A DNA stretch of 64,000 nt. Source: Batkoa obscura. Its lineage: Eukaryota. Positions 13,718 to 27,089 of the stretch are shown in pieces. The stretch covers positions 1,116,001 through 1,180,000 of the forward strand of contig JASVEC010000010.1 in the NCBI GenBank assembly GCA_030770535.1, in the 5' to 3' direction. Under the pieces are notes generated by a model. The model was given only the letters and a program-made list of their open reading frames with translations. It searched no databases and was not told the origin of the DNA. Every line of letters starts with the position of its first letter. Position 1 is the first letter of the stretch. The position numbers and the translations under genes were made by a program.

Positions 13718-15391
13718 TTATTCCTTTTTATGTTTAAGTTTTGTTTTAAAGCTGTTAATAAAACGAATATATAGACTAGTCCCTATATATATGCTAAATA
13801 ATACCACCAAAATAAATAGTATATAAATATCTAAACCATAAGCTCGAATAAATCCCATTTTGTAAGATACTGGTATCAAATGCTTTGTTTCGCAAGGTGG
13901 TAAGTCTAGTTTTGGATCAAATGCTTCAAAAGGACGGCAGGATTTAGCTAAATAACCATGGGATTCAATTAAAGTAGCAGCGTAATCCAGTCTCTTTGAA
14001 TAATACTGCATCATGGCATTGAATTTGTTTATATTATTTTTAAACTCTTGGTTTGAATCATTTAACAATGTATTTGCTTTATCAATAAAATCGGATGATG
14101 TGAAATCCATTTTATCAAGATGTAATCCAAGCTTATTACTAACAATTTTATATGCATTACGGAATTGATCTCCAAATAAAGGTAAGCAGAGTATCTTAGT
14201 AGAAGATGATACAGATTCAATCATAGACTCCATGCCACTATGACTTAAAAATATTTTAACATGATTATGATTTAATAATTCAGGTTGTGGAGCCCAGCTT
14301 AAAATTTTAATATGCTGATGTTGATTATTAAAAAATGACTCAGTTTGAATAGTTTCATTATTTATAATAATTTCAGCTGGAAACTCGCTTGACTTTGTTT
14401 TTCCCAATCCCCAAACAATACCATCAATACTCTTTTCATTTAGTAATAGAATACTAGACGTTAAAATACGCTCGATTAGTTCTTTGTTCAATACTGAAAA
14501 TGACCCAAATCCGATATATAATATATATTTATGATCCCTTAAATAGTTGATTAATTCTTCAGATTCTATTTCCTTGTTTTTGTATGATAAAATTGGCCCA
14601 ACTTGAAATAAATTAGGCTGCAATGGTAAAGCAGGTTCAAATCCGGTAAATGTATTACCAAGAATGATAGGGTAAATAGTATCACCAAACAATTTCATTC
14701 CAATATTAACTTTATACTCAGATTCTACTTTTTTAATGCTGTTAATCAACGGTAGTACTTTAAATATATTATGAATTGGGTCAACAACAAGCTGACAAAA
14801 TCTCTCAAAGTATGTCAATTCATCCATTGTTATTGGTCCATAACTTAAACTTTTAGTAATATATGGCATATTAGTGAACTCAGCAATATCGGTAGATTGG
14901 ATACTTACAACTAAAGGAATTCCTATTTCTCTAGCAAGCATTAGACAGGGAACTGAAAAAAAATCACATATAATAAGATCCGGTTTAGATTCTATTAAAT
15001 AAGACTTTAAACTACGATACATTGTTTTAAAAGAGCCTTCCAGAATTGGTGAAAACCTTAAAACTATGCCTTCAAGTGGGTCGTATTCGATACCTTCTTT
15101 TAATACTGTATTATAAGCCATAGTATATACTTCCTCTTCACTAAGTATACTTTCCCCAATACTATAATTTTTCATCCCTTGATATCCTGCTATATACTTC
15201 ATATTTTCATCAACACCTACATAGGTAACTTTGTGACCACGCTCAATCAGCTTCTCACTATAATTTAGTATACTCTTTACGTGCGATCTTCCTCCGAATC
15301 CACTATGAACAGCGATATTCAAACCTTGTTTCAAACAAATAACATTAGTAACTACTAGTAATAAAGGCCAAAAGGTGGTAATTATCTTCAT
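13718..15391 (-). CDS. UDP-glycosyltransferase (GT1/UGT) with signal peptide and C-terminal TM
   Basis: Intronless 557 aa; catalytic-His region GGRSHV; UGT signature WAPQ..LL.H..VKIFLSHSGMESMIES......LCLPLFGDQ; C-terminal TM and Lys-rich tail. Confidence 0.93.
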   Translation of the reverse strand: MKIITTFWPLLLVVTNVICLKQGLNIAVHSGFGGRSHVKSILNYSEKLIERGHKVTYVGVDENMKYIAGYQGMKNYSIGESILSEEEVYTMAYNTVLKEGIEYDPLEGIVLRFSPILEGSFKTMYRSLKSYLIESKPDLIICDFFSVPCLMLAREIGIPLVVSIQSTDIAEFTNMPYITKSLSYGPITMDELTYFERFCQLVVDPIHNIFKVLPLINSIKKVESEYKVNIGMKLFGDTIYPIILGNTFTGFEPALPLQPNLFQVGPILSYKNKEIESEELINYLRDHKYILYIGFGSFSVLNKELIERILTSSILLLNEKSIDGIVWGLGKTKSSEFPAEIIINNETIQTESFFNNQHQHIKILSWAPQPELLNHNHVKIFLSHSGMESMIESVSSSTKILCLPLFGDQFRNAYKIVSNKLGLHLDKMDFTSSDFIDKANTLLNDSNQEFKNNINKFNAMMQYYSKRLDYAATLIESHGYLAKSCRPFEAFDPKLDLPPCETKHLIPVSYKMGFIRAYGLDIYILFILVVLFSIYIGTSLYIRFINSFKTKLKHKKE

Positions 15392-15689
15392 CTTGAATCT
15401 ATTTAGTCTTAGTTTGTTTTATCCTACTTTTGAGTATATATAGTATTATCGCTTTTACTTTTTCTATAATTTATCATTCAGATAAAAATAAAAAAGCAAA
15501 TTTTTGGAAATTCTAATAATCTAATTTCTTACTTTAATTTTCGGGATGGTATAGGTTAAATTTGGATTTAATATTTTAAATTAAATTTTCCTTATTTGTT
15601 TATTAAAACTTAAAATACAATCAAGACTTATTAAATGATTTTCAACTATATGGACAGCTTTTAAATAATAAAATACTCGTCAAAAATAT

Positions 15690-15785
15690 GGGGACGTATT
15701 TTTACCTTTAAGAATTTTAGTAATAGCTTTTCTACTAAAATAGTACTTAAAAGATGGGAAGTGACGAAGCCAAAAAACCATCCTC
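15690..15785 (+). mobile_element. MITE family A copy
   Basis: GGGGACGTATTTTT...AAAAAACCATCCTC; flanks ATAT/GTAT. Confidence 0.8.
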
Positions 15786-15857
15786 GTATGTTATAAGAAA
15801 ATTTAAAATAATTGTTTAATCATGTGAACTACTTTTTTGCAAAAGTGAATTAATGTA

Positions 15858-15929
15858 CTTCCTCACGGGGAATCGAACCCCGGCCGTTCCGGTGAAAGCG
15901 GAAAATCCTAACCACTGGACCATGAAGAA
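15858..15929 (-). tRNA. tRNA-Glu(TTC)
   Basis: 72-nt cloverleaf; anticodon arm TTCCG-CTTTCAC-CGGAA; T-arm GGTTCGATTCC; identical to 30736-30807. Confidence 0.96.
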
Positions 15930-16826
15930 GACTTCTCTTGATCTGAGTAAGAAACAATATTATATAATTTACAAAATTCTCTTAGACTCCTGTTTTTAGT
16001 TCGGATAATTTATTTTATTTATATTAGGCGGTCTGATAAAGTGTCGGTGATATCTCTTCAATTATCTATCGTCCCCATTGTCTACTTAAAATTTATATGA
16101 AGCTTAGCTTTCAACCAACATACTTTTGGAAAACTCATATTAAAAACCACACTTGTATAAATAAGTCAAAATTTTGATTTATAATAGATATTTGCTACTA
16201 ATTATTTAAGAAGTTTACAAATTTTCAAGTGCTGATTTACTATTTAGTCAAAGTAGCTCTCATACAAGTTTATATTATTCATATGTTTTGGAGGGATACG
16301 ATTGTAAATGAGTTTTTTTATAAATCAAGTTTTATATGGTAACATTAAAGATGCTGATTTTCTAACATATTAGATTTGAAAGCAAATTTTAGTTAAGTTT
16401 AAAGTTATAGAATAAATGCCCCATAATTCGAACCTTAGTTATAAACCTTTGAAGCTTTATTAGTCAAATATTCAAAGTAAAATTCAGTTGTTAGTAATGT
16501 TTTTACTGTGTTCAAGTCCACGGTCTATTTTTTATCAATATTAATAATTGAAAAATTATAACCAATAACATAAATTAGTAATTATTGATAAAGTTCTTTA
16601 TAAATATAATAAAAGTGTGCTTTTTAAGATACAAGATTAAATGAAGTGATTGTTCTAAAAACTTAATTAATATTCCAATTAGATATTTCAAAAACACCAA
16701 CAAAATTAAGCCATCCGCTGCAAAGATTGGCTAATTGCAAAGAGCCACAAATTGCCAACTTTAGTAAAAATTATTATATGCCAGTGGAAGGTATCTGAGT
16801 TTAATAACTATTTTTTTTAACTTAAA

Positions 16827-19507
16827 ATGGGTGAGGTAGATGACAATGAATCAATTATGGAATTGGATACGTACATTGATCTTTCGGATAATAATTTACG
16901 CGAGGTACCACCCATCAATGGAGGTAAATGGATATTATTACTACTACTTTAAATTAGTTGAAAATAAAAATGCAACAATAATAAAAGTAATTCAATCTAA
17001 TCCCCATTTCTAGTTGTAACCCACCTTCGTCTAGATTCAAATGAGATTGATAATTTATTTAAATTTAAAATGGATGATTTTACAAGCTTAACAGTATTGG
17101 ATTTAAGTTATAATAAGCTTGAAGAGTTTAGCTCAACATTTAGTAAGCTAACTCAACTCAAAGAGTTATATCTCAACCATAATTATTTAACCGACATACC
17201 AAGCTCAATAGCTCATTTGAAGAATTTGGAAATTTTAGATGTATCATATAACAAAATCGTAAAAATATCAGCTCAAGGCGTTGTTAAACTGGTTAACTTA
17301 CATCACCTCAACTTGAGATACAACTTGTTGGAAGAATTGCCTTATTCTTTGGGAGTTTTGGAATCTAGGCTGTTTACTTTATTGGTGGATAATAACCCTT
17401 ATAATAGCCATTTTATTAACTTAATAGGTATTTCTTATCGCATAAATTTTAATCATTTATTTTAATCTAGTTAGGTACTTTGCTGCAAGAAAATCAGCAA
17501 TTATCGTTACCAAAAACTAATCGATGGTCAAGACTTCGTAGTGCCATGAGAAGAAGTATATCTTTAGATAATGAAGATGCTGATTATTTTTTAGATCCGG
17601 AAATACAAATGAGTAAGCAGAGAAGTCTGATGAACTTACGAGAAGAAAAAAGGATGCATGAAAAGTTCAAAAAATTAGCTTTAAAAAAAGAAGATGGGGA
17701 TGAGCAGCCAAAAATACCAGCTAAAAACCCTAGAAGGTTTGTGAAATCCTCTTCAACTATGGGAGATAGTCTAGTCGAAAGGCAAGCATTTGATAATCGA
17801 CGTTGTCAAACTTTAGATGGGTTTGTTTTTATGGCTGAAAGTGAACCGAATTCACCTTCTTTTGGCGTTGAAGAGATCGAATCTACCCCAAGAACGCCAA
17901 CTTCATTAAGAAAATTAGGCTTTTCAAACCTTGTAGAAGTAGAATCTACGCCTAGTTTACCAACCAGAAGAAGGTCACAATCAAAGAGCAGTATTAACAC
18001 TAATTCTTCCAATGCCTCAACCCATCTTAAAGAGTCAAAAAATTTACCACCTTTACCCTTTTCACCACCATATCAAGAAAATCATGAGAATTGGCCTCCA
18101 ATTTCAGTCGGCGCTAACCAGCTACCCTCTCACTCAAAATTAATTGATTTTTTTCGTCAGCTTCGGGATATATGGGACTTGAGCCCAGCCTCAAGTGAAA
18201 GTAAAGAGGTGGGAATACATCGACGTAAAGTCAAAGATTTAAGCTTGATAAAAGGATCAGATGGAAATGGATCAGGGGATGATACAGATTTAACACCAGC
18301 CCCTAAATTGGATGGGGATAAAGCATCACAAGAACAAAGGAGGAGGAATATAATGCAAGAGATATTGACTACGGAAGAAACCTATGTTCATTCATTAAAA
18401 GCATTGATAGAGATTTATATAGAAGGAGCGGAAAGAGAAAAAATATTTACAGCAGAGGAAAATCGAATTTTATTTTCCAATGTTAAGTCCATCTTATTAT
18501 TTCACCAATCACATCTCCTTCCAGAAATCAAAAAAGAAGTTTTAACTCCAGATTCAGGAAAGATTGGAGGAGTGTTTAAAAAGTTATCAGTGTATCTTAA
18601 AATGTATTCATTATATGTCAATGATTTTGATCAAGCAAACATTGAAGCAGAGAAACTAAACTTGATATTACATAACCAGAACGGGATGATGGATAAGATG
18701 GGAGTTGGTGCGCAATCAAGGCAGAGGAGAAGGATTAAGAATTATTTAGAACAGTGTAGCCAACACCCAAAACATAATCAACTTAATCTACAAGGCTTTT
18801 TGTTATTGCCTGTACAAAGGATACCTCGCTATAAAATGCTTTTATATGATTTGTTAAAATATACCCCTCTAGATGACCCGGATCGACAGGACCTTATTGA
18901 TGCACATTCTGATATCGCTAAAAGAGCACAAGAAATTAACGAGAGAAAAAGAGTTAAAGAGGCTAATGATAAGGTGATTGAGATTCAAAATTCAATAAAA
19001 GGAAATCATAAGGTAGGATTTTAAATAATATTTTAAATAGGATACCTAATAAATTTTATAATAAGGTGCCCTTAGTTGAGCCTCACCGTCGATTTATTAA
19101 AGAAGGTTTTTTATATCTATCAAGAATAGTTAGTATGAAACAGGGACATTCCCAACCTCAATTAAATACTTTAGATGTACGTGTACACTTTAAATATTTT
19201 TTGTTTAACGACATTATGATCCAATGTAAAAGAATTGGTAAAGAATTGGAGCTGCATCGCATTTTGGAGTTGGGTACAAAACTCAAACCTGCAAGACTTA
19301 TCTCTGGAAAATGTAAATTTTAACTTTTATTTTTATACTTTGAAGTTAAATTTAATTTTTAGCTTTAAGAGTAGTTGATAATCATACCATTTATTACTTT
19401 TCAGGAGAAACTGAAGAGGTAATTTTGATTTGTATCCAGTTTCTGTGTTTTATTTAATTAATATTTTTTAGTTGGCATCTTGGGCAGCAGCTATTAATTC
19501 TAGATAA
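16827..19507 (+). CDS. LRR + RhoGEF (DH) + PH domain protein
   Basis: LRRs (LTVLDLSYNKL, LKELYLNHNYL), DH motifs EILTTEETYV and LLLPVQRIPRYKMLL, PH motifs RRFIKEG..FLFND..WAAAI; about six short introns. Confidence 0.9.
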
Positions 19508-19934
19508 CTTAACCATTTAAAATATTTTTCATTTATTAAAATTTTTAATTATTTTTTTTTACAGTTTAATATTTGTTTCTTGTAGTTCGATAATCTTTCA
19601 AAAAGTTGTAATATTTTTTTAGTTTATATCTTTTATAATTTTATTAATATGGTAATCATTATTGAGAATTATTATACTATAAAGTTAAAATTATTTACCT
19701 GGTTTTGAGATTATAATAACAGGTATTCAAATAGTGTCGATAATACTATTATGACCTAAAAGCTCTTTATAAAACATAGTATATTAATTATTTTCAATAC
19801 TAAAGCTAATTGCTTAAATTTTAATTATATTAAAAGCTAACATCGATTTTTTCAATAATCCTTCTCAGCCAATCACAATAATAACTGAATAAATTCTAAA
19901 TTTCCATTCAGATAAATTTTATTTCTGCAGTGAA

Positions 19935-20935
19935 ATGTATAAACAAAAAAACAAAACAAAACTAGAAGCAAACTACAAAATAAAAAACAAGATAAATGAG
20001 ATTGCCAGCTTTTTACTACCACCATCCGAAGGAAATTTAAGAAAAAAGAGTAAGCAAGAGAAAGCCAAAAAGACTAAACATGAGGGGGATGAAAATAAAG
20101 TAATAGATTTAAAAAAGAAGGAAGTAAATGAGGCGATAAATGAAGATAATAAAGAAGAGGAAAAAGACAATAAACTATATATAAAAGAAGCAAAAAATAA
20201 AAATAGTATGCAAAGGAATTTTGGGTTAAAACAAATTATGGACACGCCATATAAATTAGTTTGGTAACTATAATAAAAGCTAACAATTGACTTGATTTAA
20301 TATTGGTTTAGGCCTGAGATACCAAATGAAATTCAAAACCAGTGCTTGGAATTAATATTGAAGTAAATTAAATTTAAAAGTTAGTAATCCAATATTGATT
20401 TATTTAGATCAATAACCGATCATGATAATTATAAACAAGAGATAACAATAGGTTTAAATGAAGTATTAAGTAAATTGCAGAAAGAAGTTTTAAATGAAGA
20501 AGCTCCCTATCATGCAATAATCTTATGCAAAGAAGATCTTTCGAGTATATCAATATTGAATCCAATATTACAATTAATATCAATGTACTCTGGGAAAATT
20601 TATCCAGTGTTAGTACCTAAAGGGAGCCAGCTTCAACTCCAAAGTAAACTCAACATTTCGAGATGCTGTATTTTTGGTATTAAAGTAAGGTTTATTTTAT
20701 TTTTGAATGTTTTCTTACTCAATTAATCTAGAAGGACTCAGCAGTGTTTAAGCCTTTGATTGAATATTATACTACAGATGTTTTACCTTTGATTGAAACA
20801 CAGTTTTTTGAGAACTCTTGGTTTAATCAGACTGGGCTGAATTCAGGAAACCCTGTTTATTTACCTCTTAATGTGAAAAATTTAAAGATAAAACAAATTA
20901 GGAAAGACAAATTTAGCGGGGTTAGAAATAAATAG
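19935..20935 (+). CDS. L7Ae-fold protein, probable RNase P/MRP subunit (Pop3/Rpp38-like)
   Basis: Multi-exon; MDTPYKLVWP, ITIGLNEV..L, IILCKED, LVPKGSQLQL..KLNISRCCIFGIK. Confidence 0.55.
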
Positions 20936-22668
20936 ATTTTATTATTTATTAAAGTGTATTATGCTATACTGCCTTTTATTGATTTATTCAGTTAATTTTA
21001 ATAAACTTTAATAGTATAATTTTAAATATAGTGGTTGAAATTGTAGTTAGTCTTTTACTATTATTAACAATGACAAACTCTTAGATTAAACTATTCTATT
21101 CTTAGTGTAAAATTTAAATAAAGATTATTAATAAATAATAAATAATAAAAGAATATCAAAAGCTTCAACAAAATTATTATCTTTAGCTTTTATGTTATAT
21201 GTAGTAATAATTATGTCAATATTTTATTAACTCTAAGGTTTGGACATTTTAAATGAATATCTATTTTATAAATAAATATTGTCGAAGCTTGAAATACTAT
21301 AACTGAATACCATGATGCTAAACAATCATATCTCTTTTTTTATCAACATTGATAATATTAAATAACTACACACTTTAATTTATTAAATTAAATAAATTCA
21401 TATGATAAAAACTTTATAATGACCAAGATTGGACAAAAATAATATAGCTAGTAAATACGGCGTAAAATCTTTTACAAAATGCACCATATTAAGATCAAAC
21501 TTTAATTAAATTTACATTCTAATTACTCATAAAAGTTATTTAATTATCACATTAATTATCATAGATAAAAAGGAAAATGTAAAATAAATATTTGAAATGA
21601 ATTTTTTAACTTGATAAAATTAAATTTTAATGCCTTCATAGTAAAAGAATAGATAAAGGTAAGAAGTAGGAACAAACCACTTATATATGTCATAAAAGAA
21701 TAACTAAAACTTCATAATAAAAGCAATAAAAGCAATAAACGCAACAACAATAAACAATTCTAATGATTCCAATAGTTCTACTACAAAACTTTTAATATAA
21801 ATTCAATTCCTTTATAACCACATTTTTAAATTGCGAAAATAAATTACCAAATTAAAGAATCAGAGCAAATAAACTCTGTTTGTTGGGGTTGAGTTTGAGC
21901 CAATAAGAAAGGAGTAACAATAGAACCGATGGTTTTAATTGAATTATAATTTGATCTATAGCTTTAAAAAATACTAAGTTGCATTTCAACGGTAGTTTAA
22001 AATTAATAAGAATGGGTGTCATAAAGTGGCGACATAACTCGAACAAAATAAACGTTATCATTTCAGTATTTGAAGAGGATGTGTGGGAGTAAGCAAATAA
22101 AGCTCAAATTAAAAAAATTGATAATAAATAATAAATAACACCAAGGTTAATTTTGAAAACAGGCTTCTTGTTATACTTTATTTAGTAATGTAATCAAGTT
22201 TGTGAGTGATCTAGTCGCAATTTGTTGCTTCAATAATAGTTTATCCATAAAATATAGAATAAATTGCTAGCTATTATTGGCTATAATCTAGAATCATACT
22301 TTATCAAATCTTTAGGATAAAAAAAGGGGAAGTCAATAAGAGTCGAAATTCAAATTAAAGCCAATCAAGGGAATGTTTCGATACTAAACTCTCCAATCAA
22401 ATGGCCACCTTAGGTGATTATGACATTGATCTAACATCTACATCCCCTATCTTAAAATAGAAATATATGGCTTAAGGCCAAATAATGATCATTATTAAAT
22501 AGTAGAACTAAGTGAGATTTGAATTCATTTATTAAATTTGTTTCTTTAACTTTTCGATAACTCTCATTCAAAAGTTATCTTTTACTTTCAACTTCCTTTT
22601 ACATTATAAGATTACAACTATTGTTCTTGATCTTATAATATAACCTCAATTCTATTTTATATAAATAC

Positions 22669-23484
22669 ATGAGTACTAGAAAGGTAACTCTTTCTCTTCT
22701 TTTTTCATTTCATTATTTAATATTTTAAACAAAGATAAGACGTGCCCCCATGCCAGACTTACGTAAAAAACTTGTTATTGTTGGCGATGGAGGTTGTGGA
22801 AAGACATGTTTATTGGTTGTGTTCGCAACCAATGAGTTCCCAAAAGTAACTTTTCATCAAGTTTATCTATATATCATTTACTTACAACTTAACCTAGACC
22901 TACGTACCTACAGTATTTGAAAATTATATGGCTCAAGTCAAAGTAGATGGTAAAAAGATTGAGTTAGCCTTATGGGATACCGCTGGCCAAGAAGATTATG
23001 ATAGGCTAAGGCCATTATCTTATCCAGATACAAATGTACTGATCATTGCCTTCTCAATTGCTTCTCAACTTTCACTTAAAAATGTAATAGAAAGAGTAAG
23101 CCTTATATTTTTAGTTTGTCTTTAACTTTATTAACTTTTTCTTAGTGGCATCCAGAGATATCTCACTTTGCTTTAGGAGTGCCCTTTTTATTAGTTGGTC
23201 TAAAATCGGATCTACGTAAAGATCTTCCTACTTTAACCGAGTTAGATCGCTTAGGACAGGCACCAGTATCTGAGCAACAGGTAATAGATTAAGATAACGT
23301 AATAATCAGTTATTAACTTATTGATTAGGGTATATCCACAGCTAGACAAATAGGAGCAGTAAAATATTTAGAATGTTCTGCACGCACACGCGAGGGGGTA
23401 GACCAAGTGTTCCAATCGGCTTGTAGAGCAATTATACAGAACCCCCTAGGCAAATTAAAACGTAGATTTTGCAGTCCGCTTTAA
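22669..23484 (+). CDS. Rho-family small GTPase (Rho1/Rho4-like)
   Basis: [47 protein letters not shown]-terminal CaaX (KRRFCSPL); four introns. Confidence 0.95.
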
Positions 23485-25711
23485 GTTATGTATGTATTAA
23501 GCTAAAAATGGAATATGTGTAAATCAAATTTTAAAAATGACAAACGGTGGGTTGTAAAAACGTTCTCTATCCTATATCTGACCTTTATATATATACGATC
23601 ACTAAGTCCATGTTCACATTACTGGTAATGGTAGCTTATTTTTTCTTGTTGATATTTTCACTCTACTCTTTATTATTCTCCCTTCAAAACTTAAGATTTT
23701 AAATTTTCTTAGACTATTTTTTCACTTTATAACCCTACTATTTTTAAAATAAAATAATACACCTTTTTTAATGTTTTTTAATTTATATGTAGTGTAAAGG
23801 TAACTTAATGTCATCTAGTCTCACATGTGTAACCTTACCAATTTTAATATCAAAATGAAAGCGTATTTTGTAAACAAACTGTAAGCTCATAATGAACTAG
23901 TAATCTTCAGTAGATTTCAATGAGGATAAGTTCCTCTCGGAATCTAATTTTCAAGTCCGCACAGCAATAGCTTAAGTGCCATAATCTCATCATGATCCAC
24001 CTCATCAACTTTTGAAAAATTAATCCCAATTTTCTCTCCTGTAATTGGCTAAAATAAAACCGAAATTTTTTTCAAAAGGTTATTTTGAATCGGAGCTTTG
24101 GCTTTAGCTAGTGATTTTTTAAGCCCAGTTTTATTAATTGAAGTCATTCTGATTTCATGACGGACTTTTTATTTATTCTATAACTTTTGGTTATTTATAG
24201 CTTTAACTGCAGTTCATTCTAGGCATCAAGTTGCTACCTGTACAGTGAACTGTCTTTGCTAATTAAGCTTTTAATATATCATATTTATGTTCGTTTTCAC
24301 GATGTATTTTAATATTAAACTTTTACGTAAATACAGGTTTAATAAGTGTAATAAAGTAATAAGTTAAATCAAATCATTGGGTTATTTTGTTTTTAAAAAG
24401 TTAAATCCAGTTTATTTTTTGTATAAAAGTTTAAAGCTACTTATAAAAAATATTTAACACTATACAATTTAACAACCTTGTTTACTTTTTGAGTTTTTAC
24501 CTATACGTTTATAATTTTTACTTGAATTTTTATGCCTAAATAGACATTATACAAATAATATTAATTTATTTGAGTTTTAGCGTTCTTAAACTATAAGAGA
24601 ACTATAAAATCACTCAGTGCTTAGTGTAGATTCCAAATTTTTATTACTTTAATAAATTTTAGGATGATTGCTTTATTGCTTAAATTAAGAATTGGTCTTA
24701 TTTTATCAGTATGATGATATAATACCTGGATTGAGTACTATGGGCAGCTCTATCTTTGTAATAAAGTACTGGATCCTACATATTATTAAGCTACATATAA
24801 GCTTTTAAACTACTCTAATAATATAAGCAAGAATGATATTAATAAAAGACCCAGTAGTTTTCCATAAGATATTATCAGGATTACATATTGCGGTTATTTT
24901 TATTATACATAATAAAACAATTACCTTAACAATCAATAATAGACTGGGTACAACTATAAGCTATTAGGATGTATGGAAAGAATAAGAATGCCCTGTATAT
25001 TATTAATAATAAATTTATTTTTAGATATTCAGCTCTTTTTACATGAGTAAGTATAACAGATTGTTCCAATTTAATAAGTGGATGTTTTTTAAATTCAGCT
25101 AACAAATGAATGTCAAATTAAAGAGTTGACTGAGGCATGTAATAACTAAAATCATTACATTTATATAAAAAAGTTTAAACTAAAAATAATCTTTATTCGC
25201 ATCATGCATTTTATACTCTTATTATCTTACCTTGGTAACGACTTTAAATATCCATTTTTGTATTAAAACTTATTTTTTAAATAAAGATATTATTAAATTA
25301 TATTTCAACAAATTTCATTTATAGATAATTGATTGTTATTTATTATACCAATTATTTTGGCCACCTATGATAAAGCGTTCTCAAGGCATATTTTAATATT
25401 TATTATAAGAAACTGTCAAATCTTATATCTACATTATTTTCAAATCTTAATAGAGTCATGAAGCTTATTATCTAATTATAGGTATTTGATGTATATAGCG
25501 CTTGATCTAATCACTGTGTAATTATATATTCAATGACTAAAATTAACTATCAAAGGTAATAATAATTATAAAACAAGTGCTCTTTTCGATAACTTTCTAA
25601 ATACTATAAATATAATAAATGTAAAAATAAATTAAAAGTTTTAATCCAGGCTATATTACTTTCCTATGTATTTATTAATTAAAAATAATTGGCATTTATA
25701 CTAAAACATAT

Positions 25712-25807
25712 GGGGTATTTTTTTTGGCTTCATCACTTTTTCTATCTTTTAAGCACTATTTGAGTGGAAAAATTGTTAGTAAAATTCTTAAACATAAATA
25801 CATTCTT
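25712..25807 (-). mobile_element. MITE family A copy
   Basis: Full copy; TSD ATAT/ATAT. Confidence 0.85.
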
Positions 25808-25847
25808 ATATACTCAAACTATATTTTAAGATTTGATTAATTTATAT

Positions 25848-25954
25848 GGGGATGTATGGATGTATTTTTGTATTTAAGAATTTTACTAATAATTTTTCCA
25901 CTCAAATAGCGCTTAAAAGATGGAAAAAGTGATGAAGCCAAAAAAAACACTCCC
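25848..25954 (+). mobile_element. MITE family A copy (inverted relative to previous copy)
   Basis: Full copy; TSD ATAT/ATAT; small internal duplication GGATGTAT. Confidence 0.85.
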
Positions 25955-26664
25955 ATATTCAAAATTTAACTTTGAATTTGTAAAAATTTTGTTGAACAAC
26001 AATTTATTTATAAAAGTAGTTTCTATAACTAAGATCAATTTGATATAAAATGTTTGGTGACTATAAATTAAAAATTATCACCATATAAAGAATGATTTTA
26101 GTTGTATTATTGATCATATCATATTTAATATCTTAAATATTAGTATGGTATTTTAAACAAAAATAAAATGTAAAATATTATTCAGATAAGTTGGAGTTTG
26201 CATATAGGTTTTCATACTTTGCTATTTGTTTTCGCTATATTTAGTTATTGAACAGATTTTTATAAAAAGTGCCCCACCTCTATAAGGTGTTGTTGAAGCA
26301 TGAAAAGCTAGGCTACAAGGTGCGAAAACATTTCTCAATAGACTGAAGCAATTTATAACCATCCTATAAGTTTAGTTCAACTATTTGAGACAACATTAAA
26401 ATGATGATGAGTAGAAATTTTAAATAAATTTCAAACTAATTTACATTTAAAACAACTTATGTTTTTATTATGATAATTAGTTTGAATACTAATATTTATA
26501 ATTAAAGTAGCTCATGCATATTTCAATAGCAATATATACAATTAATCATATATTGGCTTTATCTTGATATTAAAATAAAGATGAGTTTAGGCTGTAAAGC
26601 GGGAAAGAAAAAATAAAGAAAAAATAAAAAAATAATCAATTTAGTCTGGTTTATAGCAGTATAT

Positions 26665-26758
26665 AGGGATGCATTTTTGCGTTTAAGAATTTTAATAGCA
26701 ATTTCCTGGTTAAATAGTCTTTGAGATAAAAAAGTAATAAAGTCGAAAAAATAGTCAA
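26665..26758 (+). mobile_element. MITE family A copy (diverged)
   Basis: AGGGATGCATTTTTGCGTTTAAGAATTTT...; flanks ATAT/ATAT. Confidence 0.7.
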
Positions 26759-26791
26759 ATATAAACTATTTATAAAATTTGATTATAAGAA

Positions 26792-26873
26792 GACACTTTG
26801 GCCGAGCGGTTAAGGCGTGAGCCTAGAAAGCTCATGGGGTTTCCCCGCGCAGGTTCAAATCCTGCAGGTGTCG
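26792..26873 (+). tRNA. tRNA-Ser(AGA)
   Basis: 82 nt; anticodon arm TGAGC-CTAGAAA-GCTCA; long variable arm GGGG-TTT-CCCC; GGTTCAAATCC. Confidence 0.96.
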
Positions 26874-27089
26874 TTTATTTTTTGATCTACTTTATTCACA
26901 AAACTTTTAAACGATAATATATAAAATGAAGTTGGTTGATTTCTAAGATACTTTTTTTACAACAAACTTCAAAGTCAATTAAAAATAACTTGGTGATCCA
27001 AAATTTTAAACTCATAATAGCATTTACATAATAGCATTTACATAAATAGTTTATTTGGCAATCACAGGCTAGATTATGAGATATCTAGT

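Noticed and set aside
23900..24170. Coding-like minus-strand fragment (PITGEKIGINFSKVDEVDHDEIMALK)
   Set aside because: Short and interrupted, with no recognisable homology or credible splice structure.
24700..25010. Slightly GC-richer stretch that might be a gene relic
   Set aside because: Multiple stops in the frame examined and no identifiable motif.
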